NCBI GenBank assembly: GCA_001770355.1
Contig: MEQV01000212.1
Span: 7,385-40,455, forward strand
DNA length: 33,071 nucleotides
Source of the DNA: Betaproteobacteria bacterium RIFCSPLOWO2_02_FULL_62_17
Lineage (GTDB): Bacteria; Pseudomonadota; Gammaproteobacteria; Burkholderiales; SG8-39
Direction: 5' to 3'
The first letter of the stretch is position 1. Each line of letters starts with the position of its first letter. The notes below the pieces were generated by a model. The model was not told where the DNA came from. It saw nothing but the letters and a program-made list of their open reading frames with translations, and did no database searches. Positions 24,422-32,443 of the stretch are shown in pieces. Position numbers and translations under genes: made by a program.

Positions 24422-25396
24422 ATGAAAAACGCCAGAAACCATATTGAAATGGCCGTCGCAATGTTGGCAGCTATCGTTGCCTTCGACATTCATGCCCAGA
24501 GTTTTCCCAGCAAACCGATACGCATGGTAGTGCCATTTCCTCCGGGAGGTCCCGGGGAGGTTATCGCGAGACCGGTTGCCGATGGCTTGCAGGCGGTGAT
24601 CGGGCAGCCGGTGGTCGTCGATTTCAAGCCCGGCGCGGGTGCGATTCCAGGCATGCAGTCTTTGATGAGCGCGCCCGCTGATGGCCATACGCTGTTCGTA
24701 GGCAGCAATGTGCTGGTGCTCTCGAAGTGGTTGTTCAAGAATCTTCCCTACGATCCTCAGCGGGATCTGCGCGGCATCGTGGAACTGGCGAACAGCCCGT
24801 ACCTGGTGCTGGTGTCCTCGTCCTTTCCGGGTTCCTCAATCGCCGATCTAATCAATGCGGCCAAGGCGGCGCCCGGAAAGCTCAACTACGCCTCCTCCGG
24901 GGCCGGTACCCAGTCGCATATTTCGGCCGAAATGTTCAGCGACGCGGCGGGAATCAAAATGACCCAGGTGCCCTACAAAGGCGCCGGGCCCGCGTACCCG
25001 GCGCTGATGTCGGGTGATGTAACGGTATTTTTCGACAATGTTTTTTCCTCGGTGGGTCAGGTCAAGGGCGGGCGAATCAAGCCGCTGGGTGTGACGAGTC
25101 TTGCGAGAGTGTCTCAGTATCCGAGCCTGCCGACCGTCGACGAGCAGGGACTGAAAGGTTTTGAGACCTCGAGCTGGTTTGGCATCGTCGCGGCCAAAGG
25201 GGTTCCCGATGCGATCGTGGCGCGCTTGAACGAGGCCTTGAACAAGGCGCTGCAGGCCCCCGAGGTTCGGGAGCGTTACGGCAAACTCGGCCTGATGCCT
25301 ACCGGCGGCAGTGCCCAGGGGTTTCAGAAATTGATAGACGGCGAGCTCGATCGGACCGGCAAGGTGGTGCGATCAGTCGGCATTACCATCAACTGA
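24422..25396 (+). CDS. Bug/TctC-family substrate-binding protein
   Basis: A signal peptide, then AQSFPSKPIRMVVPFPPGGPGEVIAR. ATG at 24422 follows GAAGAGGAGA. Confidence 0.85.
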   Translation: MKNARNHIEMAVAMLAAIVAFDIHAQSFPSKPIRMVVPFPPGGPGEVIARPVADGLQAVIGQPVVVDFKPGAGAIPGMQSLMSAPADGHTLFVGSNVLVLSKWLFKNLPYDPQRDLRGIVELANSPYLVLVSSSFPGSSIADLINAAKAAPGKLNYASSGAGTQSHISAEMFSDAAGIKMTQVPYKGAGPAYPALMSGDVTVFFDNVFSSVGQVKGGRIKPLGVTSLARVSQYPSLPTVDEQGLKGFETSSWFGIVAAKGVPDAIVARLNEALNKALQAPEVRERYGKLGLMPTGGSAQGFQKLIDGELDRTGKVVRSVGITIN

Positions 25397-25448
25397 GGCG
25401 GGGTAGACCAATGGCCTGCGCGGCCCCGGATGAGACGGCCGCCATAGA

Positions 25449-27566
25449 ATGAGTTATTTCATCGGCATCGACATCGGCGGCACGTTCACGGATTGCGTCG
25501 TACTGGATTCCGACGGTCGGATCGCCGCGATCGCGAAGTCGCCAACGCGGCGCGCCAAACCCGATGAAGGGGTGATCAACTCGGTTGCCGCGGCGGCGAG
25601 GCGCATGGGAATCGAGCCCGCTGCGCTACTGGGAGACTGCCGGTTTTTTGTCCACGGCTGCACCGTGGCGACCAACGCCATTGTGGAAAGGAAAGGCGTG
25701 CGCACGGCCCTTGTCACCACGCGTGGCCACGAGGACGCGATCTTCATCGGCAAGGCATCGCAGAAAGTCGCCGGGCGCACCGAGCGCGAAATGAATCATC
25801 AGTCGCACCTGGACAAGGCCGATCCGCCCATCGTCGCGCCGCGGGACGTGCACGGCATATCCGAGCGCATCGATTCGCGCGGCGATGTCGTGGTCGAATT
25901 GAATGAAGACGATGTCTCGCGCGCGGTCGAGGCGTTGCGTCGCGACGGCATCGAGTCGGTGGCGATTTCTTTTCTCTGGTCGTTTCAGAACGGCGATCAT
26001 GAGCGGCGCGTACGCGAACGCGTGGAGCGGGAACTTCCCGGCGTCTATGTATGCGCGTCGCACGTGCTCGCCCCGCTGATCGGCGAGTACGAGCGCACCG
26101 CGACCACCGTGGCCAATGCCTACGTCGGGCCCAGGCTGATCGGCTACCTTGATCGTCTGGGCGACCGGTTGGCCGCAGGCGGTTATCGCTATCCCCTGCT
26201 GCTTGCCCATTGCATGGGCGGGCTCACGACAATGGAGGAAATCCGCCTGCGGCCTTTGCTGACGCTGGATTCGGGCCCCGTCAGCGGCGTGCTGGGGGCG
26301 CGCTACTTCGGCGCCGTCTATGGCGAACCCGACATCATCTGCGCCGACATGGGCGGCACCACCTTCGATGTGGCCTTGATCGAAGACGGCCAGTACATTC
26401 TTGATGAAGAGCCGGTCATTGACCGCTACACCTGCCTGATCCCCAAGGTGGCGGTGGAGTCTGTCGGCGCCGGCGGGGGGAGCATTGTATGGTGCGACGA
26501 CAACAAGCTGCTTCGCGTCGGGCCGCACAGCGCCGGGGCGGAACCCGGCCCCGCCTGCTATGGCTCAGGCGGGGCCGCGCCCACGGTTACCGATGTCAAT
26601 CTGGTGCTTGGCTATCTCAGTCCGGAGGCATTTCTCGGCGGTGAAATGCGCCTGGACCGGGCCGCCGCCGAACGCGCGGTCCAAGCCGTGGGCGCGAAGC
26701 TCGGCCTGGATTGCCTGCAGGCGGCGGCGGGCGCGTTCAGGATAGTCAACGCCAATATGGCCGACCTGATCCGGCGCTCCAGCATCGATCGCGGACGCGA
26801 CGCGCGCGATTTCGTTTTGTTCGCCTATGGCGGGGCCGGCGCGCTGCACATTGCGTATTTGGCGCGCGATCTGGGCGTCAGTAAGGTTTATGTGCCTTCG
26901 TTTGCCACGGTATTCTCGGCGCTGGGCATGCTTACCGGGGGAATCGTGCACGCGTCGGAACGATCCAGCCTCGCCGCGTTTCCGATGGAGCCCGGGCGAT
27001 GGCGCGAGTTGGGCGGCATGTTCCAAGAACTCGAACAAAATCTGGGCAAGCTGTTCGAGCGCGAGGGAATCGAACCCGATGCGCGCCGGCACGCCCGCTT
27101 CGCGCATGTGAAATACCGTTTGCAGCCGCGCGCGCTGGCCGTGCCGGTGACCGCTGACTTCGCGCAAGCGGATTCGCAGGACCGCTTGCTTGCCGCGTTT
27201 CAGAAACAGTACGCGGCTCTCTACGGCGAGAATTCGGGCTATGGCGCCGCGAGCATCGAGATTGTCAAGTGCCGGGTGGAAGCGTCGGCGGACATGGTGC
27301 TGCCGCGGCTCGCCGCGGCCCCGGCCATTGGGCCCCGCGATGCGTCGCCGGCGAAAAAGGGCGAGCGCGACATTTATCTTGCCGAGCTGGGCGCCAGGGT
27401 GCCGGCGTCCATTTACGATGGCGAGCGTCTTGCGCCGGGAATGACGCTTGGCGGGCCGGCTGTGATCGAAAGAATGGGCGACACCATCCTCCTGCCCGGA
27501 TTTGCCGGGGGCGTGGTGGATGGTTTCGGCAATATCGTCATCGAACTGCAAGCGGTGGCAAAATGA
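25449..27566 (+). CDS. Hydantoinase/oxoprolinase A-type subunit (HyuA / acetone carboxylase beta-like)
   Basis: MSYFIGIDIGGTFTDCVVL N-terminus, a second ATPase-fold motif ICADMGGTTFDV, 705 aa. Confidence 0.88.
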   Translation: MSYFIGIDIGGTFTDCVVLDSDGRIAAIAKSPTRRAKPDEGVINSVAAAARRMGIEPAALLGDCRFFVHGCTVATNAIVERKGVRTALVTTRGHEDAIFIGKASQKVAGRTEREMNHQSHLDKADPPIVAPRDVHGISERIDSRGDVVVELNEDDVSRAVEALRRDGIESVAISFLWSFQNGDHERRVRERVERELPGVYVCASHVLAPLIGEYERTATTVANAYVGPRLIGYLDRLGDRLAAGGYRYPLLLAHCMGGLTTMEEIRLRPLLTLDSGPVSGVLGARYFGAVYGEPDIICADMGGTTFDVALIEDGQYILDEEPVIDRYTCLIPKVAVESVGAGGGSIVWCDDNKLLRVGPHSAGAEPGPACYGSGGAAPTVTDVNLVLGYLSPEAFLGGEMRLDRAAAERAVQAVGAKLGLDCLQAAAGAFRIVNANMADLIRRSSIDRGRDARDFVLFAYGGAGALHIAYLARDLGVSKVYVPSFATVFSALGMLTGGIVHASERSSLAAFPMEPGRWRELGGMFQELEQNLGKLFEREGIEPDARRHARFAHVKYRLQPRALAVPVTADFAQADSQDRLLAAFQKQYAALYGENSGYGAASIEIVKCRVEASADMVLPRLAAAPAIGPRDASPAKKGERDIYLAELGARVPASIYDGERLAPGMTLGGPAVIERMGDTILLPGFAGGVVDGFGNIVIELQAVAK

Positions 27567-29836
27567 ACGCAGGCAAGCGCATTTCAGCCATTCCTTCGAC
27601 CTCACGGCGGCTTGATCCCATCACGCTGGAGGTGCTGCGCAACCGCCTTGCCATGATCAACGACGAGCAGGGACGCGTGGCCTCGCAGCTGTCGGGTTCG
27701 CCGGTGGTGTACGAGGCCAAGGATTTCAACAGCGCGCTGCTGACGCCCGAGGGGGAGGGCTTGTTCGTCGGCATTTACATGACGCGCCTTTCGCTGTGCC
27801 TCAACGGCTTTGCCAAGACCGTGATCGCAAGCTTCAAGGACAACGTCGGCTACGCCGAGGGCGATGCCTTCGTCACCAACGACCCCTGGGCGGGCGCGGC
27901 GCATATGAACGATTTCCTGATGATCGCGCCGATATTTCACCAGGGCACGCTGGTGTGCTGGACCGGCCTCGCGATGCACGAAGTCGATGTCGGCGGCCCC
28001 AATCCAGGCAGTTTCACCGTGGGCACGCCGGACGTATTCGGCGAAGCGCCGCTGATTCCGCCGGTCAAGATGGTGGAGCGCGGAACGATTAGAAACGACA
28101 TCGAGGCGCTGCTGATCCGCAATTCGCGCACCCCGAGGCTCAACGGCCTGAACATGCGCGCGCGGATCGCAGCGATCAACCGAACTCGCCAGCGGATCGG
28201 GGAAGTGATCGCCGAGTACGGCCTTGAAACCGTGATGGAGGCGCAGCGCGGCATTCTCGATCTGGCGCACTCGTCGTTTGCGCGACGCTTGCGCTCGCTG
28301 CCCGATGGAACCTGGAAAACGGAGGGTTTTCTCGATCACGACGGCAATCAGAATCGCCTGTATCGGATTTGCCTTGCGATGACCAAGCGCGCGGAGCGCC
28401 TGTGCTTCGATTTTACCGGCACCGACGCGCAGGCGCGCGGGGCGATTAACTGCACCAAGACCGGCCTGGAGAGCGGCATACTGTCGGCGGTCTTGCCCAT
28501 GCTGTGCTACGACATTCCGTGGACCACCGGCGGCATCATGCCGATGATCGATATCATTTCCGAAGAGGGGACGATCAATAACGCGCGCCATCCGGCGGCG
28601 GTCAGCATGGCCACCGTCTCCGGCATTTTTGCCACTTCCCATGTGACCTCCGGAACCATCGCAAAAATGCTTGCGTGCTCTTGCCTGCAGGGCGAGATTC
28701 AGGCGAACTGGGCGCCCGCGTGGCAGGGTGTCACCATAGCGGGCCACTTCGCGGGTGGGAGGCCGTTTACCGCGGTGCTGCTCGATGAGACCGGCGGAAG
28801 CGGTGCGCGCGCCTGGAAGGACGGCATCGATGCCGGCGGATTGCCCGGTTCGCCAGCCATGGCAATCGCCAATGTCGAGGTGTACGAGAAAGAGTATCCG
28901 ATACTCTATGTGTATCGCCGTCAGTCGCCCGACACCGGCGGGCAGGGCATGACTCGCGGCGGGGTGGGCACCGAGGGCATGATGGTTGCGCATCGTAACG
29001 AAGGTCCGATCGACCTCACGCGTCTGGCGCATGGCGTGAGCCAGCCGGAAGCGCAGGGCCTCTATGGCGGCTATCCTTCGAGCGTCCAGGTCACGCTGCT
29101 GTTGCGCGAGTCGGATCACAAGCGCCAATTCGCCGATCGCCGTATACCGGTCGGCGTCGAAGCGCTGCAGGCGAGGAGCATCGAACCCATGCAGGCCAAG
29201 CAACGCATCCTGCTCGATCCCGAGGACGCGATCGTCATCGTGTGCGCGGGCGGGGGCGGCTATGGCGACCCGCTGCGGCGCGAGCCTGAGGCGGTTAGGG
29301 CCGATCTCGGTGCTGGATTGGTGAGCGCAAAAGTCGCGCGCGACGTCTATGGCGTGGCGATGCGCGAAGCCGATGGCGGGGGATCGACTTGCGGAGCCGG
29401 TCGCGGCGAATCGACTCGAATTGACACAGAACGGACCGCGCAATTGCGCAAAGCCATCCGCGAGCGGCGTCTGTCAGAAGGGAGGCGATCGCCTGCTCGC
29501 CCCCGGCGCGAGGTCGCGAACCAGGACAACTCCGCGGTGCTGGCGCAGAGCATAGGCGCGGCCCTGGACAGGGTCGAGACGAATGGCCGGGCGCAATACC
29601 TGTGCCGGCAATGCCGCCGCCCGATCTGTGGCGCGAACGAAGATCCCAAGTCCGGCGCCCTCGCGCGCTTGACCAGGATGGAATCGCTCAGTCCATGGAA
29701 TAAATACGGCCTGGTCGATGAGATCGTGGTGCGCGAATTCTGTTGTCCCGGCTGTGCCCAACTCATCGCGGTTGAAGTGCGGCGCAAGGACGATCCGGTG
29801 CTCTACGACACCGGTCTGGGTTGTCCGGCATCCTGA
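27563..29836 (+). CDS. Hydantoinase B/oxoprolinase-type subunit fused to a C-terminal acetone-carboxylase-gamma-like zinc domain
   Basis: DPITLEVLRNRLAMINDEQG is the HyuB start. ATG overlaps the HyuA stop (ATGA at 27563-27566). After the normal HyuB end (...VSAKVARDVYGVAM...TAQLRKAIRERR) come about 120 extra residues containing YLCRQCRRPIC and VVREFCCPGCAQLIAVEV. Confidence 0.82.
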   Translation: MNAGKRISAIPSTSRRLDPITLEVLRNRLAMINDEQGRVASQLSGSPVVYEAKDFNSALLTPEGEGLFVGIYMTRLSLCLNGFAKTVIASFKDNVGYAEGDAFVTNDPWAGAAHMNDFLMIAPIFHQGTLVCWTGLAMHEVDVGGPNPGSFTVGTPDVFGEAPLIPPVKMVERGTIRNDIEALLIRNSRTPRLNGLNMRARIAAINRTRQRIGEVIAEYGLETVMEAQRGILDLAHSSFARRLRSLPDGTWKTEGFLDHDGNQNRLYRICLAMTKRAERLCFDFTGTDAQARGAINCTKTGLESGILSAVLPMLCYDIPWTTGGIMPMIDIISEEGTINNARHPAAVSMATVSGIFATSHVTSGTIAKMLACSCLQGEIQANWAPAWQGVTIAGHFAGGRPFTAVLLDETGGSGARAWKDGIDAGGLPGSPAMAIANVEVYEKEYPILYVYRRQSPDTGGQGMTRGGVGTEGMMVAHRNEGPIDLTRLAHGVSQPEAQGLYGGYPSSVQVTLLLRESDHKRQFADRRIPVGVEALQARSIEPMQAKQRILLDPEDAIVIVCAGGGGYGDPLRREPEAVRADLGAGLVSAKVARDVYGVAMREADGGGSTCGAGRGESTRIDTERTAQLRKAIRERRLSEGRRSPARPRREVANQDNSAVLAQSIGAALDRVETNGRAQYLCRQCRRPICGANEDPKSGALARLTRMESLSPWNKYGLVDEIVVREFCCPGCAQLIAVEVRRKDDPVLYDTGLGCPAS

Positions 29837-29907
29837 TCGGAACGGCTTTTCCCCCGTATTTGAAAGTGTGACAAACCCGGCGCCTCAGGATCAAGGGAGA
29901 ATAAAGC

Positions 29908-30858
29908 TTGGACACTGTCGGATTCATTGGACTCGGAAAAATGGGCGGCCCGGTGGCCGAATGCATTCAGGTGGCGGGTTTTCCCATGGTGGTCTTCGAC
30001 ATCAACGCCGATGCCCAGGCGCCTTTTATCGAGCGCGGTGCTCGCGCCGCGGACTCCGCGGCCGCGGTCGCGCGCCTCTCCGATGTCGTCTACACCGCGC
30101 TGCCGACACAAGAGGCGGTTGAGAAGACCGCCCTGGGTTCCGGGGGAATTCTCGATGGCATCGGGAAAGGCGGCATCTATGTCGATATATCCACCGGCGG
30201 GCCTGATCTGATTCGGCGCATCGCGGCGCGTTTTCGGGAAAGGGATGCCTGGGCAGTGGATGCGCCGGTCAGCATCGGTCAACCAGGCGCCGCGCCGGGC
30301 GTGCACGAGATCATGATAGGCGCGGACCGCGAGGTATTCGAGCGCCTCATGCCGGTGTTGAAGGCCTATGGCGATCAGATCATTCATGCCGGCCCGGTCG
30401 GCAACGGATGCATCTGCAAGCTCGTGCATCAACTGATAGGTGCCGGCTGCTCCCAGGCGATAGCGGAAGGTTTGAGCCTGGGAGTGAAGGCGGGCGTGGA
30501 TGTCAAGGTGCTGTGGGAAGCGGTGCGCAGGGGACTGGTCGGGCGCATGGTCATGATGCACGATCATATTCCGACTTCGGTATTTTCCGGAAAGTACCAG
30601 CCGACAGTGTTTACACTCACGTTGTTGCGCAAGGACGTGGGAATCGCCAACGAGCTTGGACGGAAACTGGGCGTGCCCTTGCTGGTGGGCAATATCGCCG
30701 AACAGGTGATCACGCATTCGATCAACCGGGGCTGGGGCAATGGCTCGGGCTACGTGGTTACCTACCGCCTTCAGGAGGAAGCCGCCGGGGTGAGTCTTCG
30801 CGCCTCGGGGGTCGATCCCGCGAAAGCCAAAAAATACATCAGCACCCATCCTGACTGA
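29908..30858 (+). CDS. NAD(P)-dependent dehydrogenase, 3-hydroxyisobutyrate/6-phosphogluconate dehydrogenase-like
   Basis: VGFIGLGKMGGPVA Rossmann motif, DAPVS, and GPVGNGCICKLVHQ. TTG start at 29908 follows AGGGAGA. Confidence 0.82.
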   Translation: MDTVGFIGLGKMGGPVAECIQVAGFPMVVFDINADAQAPFIERGARAADSAAAVARLSDVVYTALPTQEAVEKTALGSGGILDGIGKGGIYVDISTGGPDLIRRIAARFRERDAWAVDAPVSIGQPGAAPGVHEIMIGADREVFERLMPVLKAYGDQIIHAGPVGNGCICKLVHQLIGAGCSQAIAEGLSLGVKAGVDVKVLWEAVRRGLVGRMVMMHDHIPTSVFSGKYQPTVFTLTLLRKDVGIANELGRKLGVPLLVGNIAEQVITHSINRGWGNGSGYVVTYRLQEEAAGVSLRASGVDPAKAKKYISTHPD

Positions 30859-30869
30859 AGGAAAATTCG

Positions 30870-31301
30870 ATGTCCATGCAAAACCTGGCCGGGCAGAACA
30901 AGAATCTGGTCCGCCGCTTCTATGATGAGGTGGAAAATCAAGGCAAACTCGAGTTGGTCGATGAGCTTTTCGCGGTTGACTTCAAGGACGTCTACAACAC
31001 GGCGTCGCCGTTTCCGGTTAAAGGCATCGATGGCGTCAAGAAACTGGCGGCGGCGTTGCATGACAACCTCGATTTGAAAATCGAAATCGAGGACCTGGTA
31101 GCCGAAGGGGACATGGTTGTGGCCAGGGTCACCTCCACCACCACGCACAAGATGCCCATGATGGGAGTGCCCCCGACCGGACGCGTGTATGCGACCCGAG
31201 GGGTGGAAATATTTCGCGTGATCGAGGGCAAACTCGCGGAGCGTTGGGTGTATTTCGACCGGATTCCCATGCTTCGCGATCTTGGCCTTATCCCCAAATA
31301 G
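30870..31301 (+). CDS. SnoaL-like / ester cyclase (NTF2-fold) protein
   Basis: NKNLVRRFYDEVENQGKLELVDELFAVDF and GVPPTGRVYATRGVEIFRVIEGKLAERWVYFD are typical of the ester-cyclase/SnoaL family. 143 aa. Confidence 0.75.
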   Translation: MSMQNLAGQNKNLVRRFYDEVENQGKLELVDELFAVDFKDVYNTASPFPVKGIDGVKKLAAALHDNLDLKIEIEDLVAEGDMVVARVTSTTTHKMPMMGVPPTGRVYATRGVEIFRVIEGKLAERWVYFDRIPMLRDLGLIPK

Positions 31302-31315
31302 CTGGAGAAATTGTC

Positions 31316-32266
31316 GTGAAAGTGCTCGTCACCGGCGCCGGCCTGGTCGGCTGCAATGTTGCCCGCCTTCTCAGGGAACGCGGCCATGAAGCGATTCTCT
31401 ACGACCGCGCGCCCGATCAGGCTTACATCGACAGCGTGGCGAAATCGGTTCCCGTTGTCACAGCCGACGTGCAGGAATTGTCCGCGCTGATCGAAACCCT
31501 GCAAGCGCATGACGTGGATACGATAGTGCATAGCGCCTACCAGATCGGCGGCAGCCTGCGAGCGCGCCCCTATGCGGGGGTGCGTGCCAATGTCGATGGC
31601 TGCCTGGCGCTTGTCGAAGCGGCTCGCCTTTGCAAGGTCCGCCGCTTCCTTTTCACCAGCAGCTTCGGGATCTACGACTGGAACCGGCTTCCGCGAGCGC
31701 CATTGACCGAGGACTTTCCCCTGGCCGGCGACAACCCCTATATCGCCAGCAAGATCGCTTGCGAGAAGCTTCTGGAGAGTCTGGCCAAGTCTTACGGACT
31801 CGAATTCGCGATACTTCGCCTCGCGCAAGTCTACGGACGCGGCCATTATCTGGGCGGCGATTTCGCGGGAGGCGCCGTGCACGAGGCCATAGCCTTGGCG
31901 CTGTCGGGCAATCCCGCCAGGATCGATCCGGGCGTGCTGACCGTCAACGACTATGTTTATGCGAAGGACGTGGGCCAAGGCGTAGTGCGCGCCTGTGAAA
32001 AGCCATTGAATCACCTTATCTACAACATCGGCTCGGGTGTTCTTGCAAGCACGCAAGACGTCGCGGCGGCCATCCAGAAGGCGGTGCCTGGGGCCAAGGT
32101 CGAAATTCTTGCCAGGCCGTTGATCGGTCCCATCTGGCGCCATGAACAGATGCTCGATCTCGACCGATCAAGGAAGGAATTGGGCTATCGGCCGCGATTC
32201 GATCTCGCCGACGGGGTCGCGGATTTCGCCGCGGAATTGGCGGCTGGCCGCGTGCCGCCGCCTTGA
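31316..32266 (+). CDS. NAD-dependent epimerase/dehydratase-family (extended SDR) protein
   Basis: VKVLVTGAGLVGCNVARLL Rossmann start and a YIASK catalytic motif. GTG at 31316 follows GGAGA. The longer ORF from 31244 overlaps the previous gene. Confidence 0.8.
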   Translation: MKVLVTGAGLVGCNVARLLRERGHEAILYDRAPDQAYIDSVAKSVPVVTADVQELSALIETLQAHDVDTIVHSAYQIGGSLRARPYAGVRANVDGCLALVEAARLCKVRRFLFTSSFGIYDWNRLPRAPLTEDFPLAGDNPYIASKIACEKLLESLAKSYGLEFAILRLAQVYGRGHYLGGDFAGGAVHEAIALALSGNPARIDPGVLTVNDYVYAKDVGQGVVRACEKPLNHLIYNIGSGVLASTQDVAAAIQKAVPGAKVEILARPLIGPIWRHEQMLDLDRSRKELGYRPRFDLADGVADFAAELAAGRVPPP

Positions 32267-32443
32267 TCATCGTTCAATTCCTGGAATAGCCGGAGGAGTT
32301 GCCCGGTATTTACCATCTGTTTTCTCCAATACCGCGTTGATACCCAGTAAACACAGGTCCGATCACCGCCCATCGCCCGGCATTGGACATAATTGGCATT
32401 GCGCGTCAATTTCAAGGCCCGAAACATAACCGAGGCCAGAAAT

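Noticed and set aside
27269-27562. 98-aa upstream extension of the HyuB ORF, and similar N-terminal extensions of the Bug, CMD, aldolase and epimerase ORFs
   Set aside because: The extensions overlap upstream genes or are junk-like. Internal starts with an RBS give canonical N-termini or signal peptides.
27602-29443. Long antisense ORFs opposite the hydantoinase and neighbouring genes (27602-29443, 25626-26528, 26565-27605, 19254-20699, 20818-21909, 29803-30849, 30992-32143, 16127-17149)
   Set aside because: Same reasoning: low-complexity Arg/Ala/Gly-rich translations, no domains, and complete overlap with well-supported genes on the other strand.
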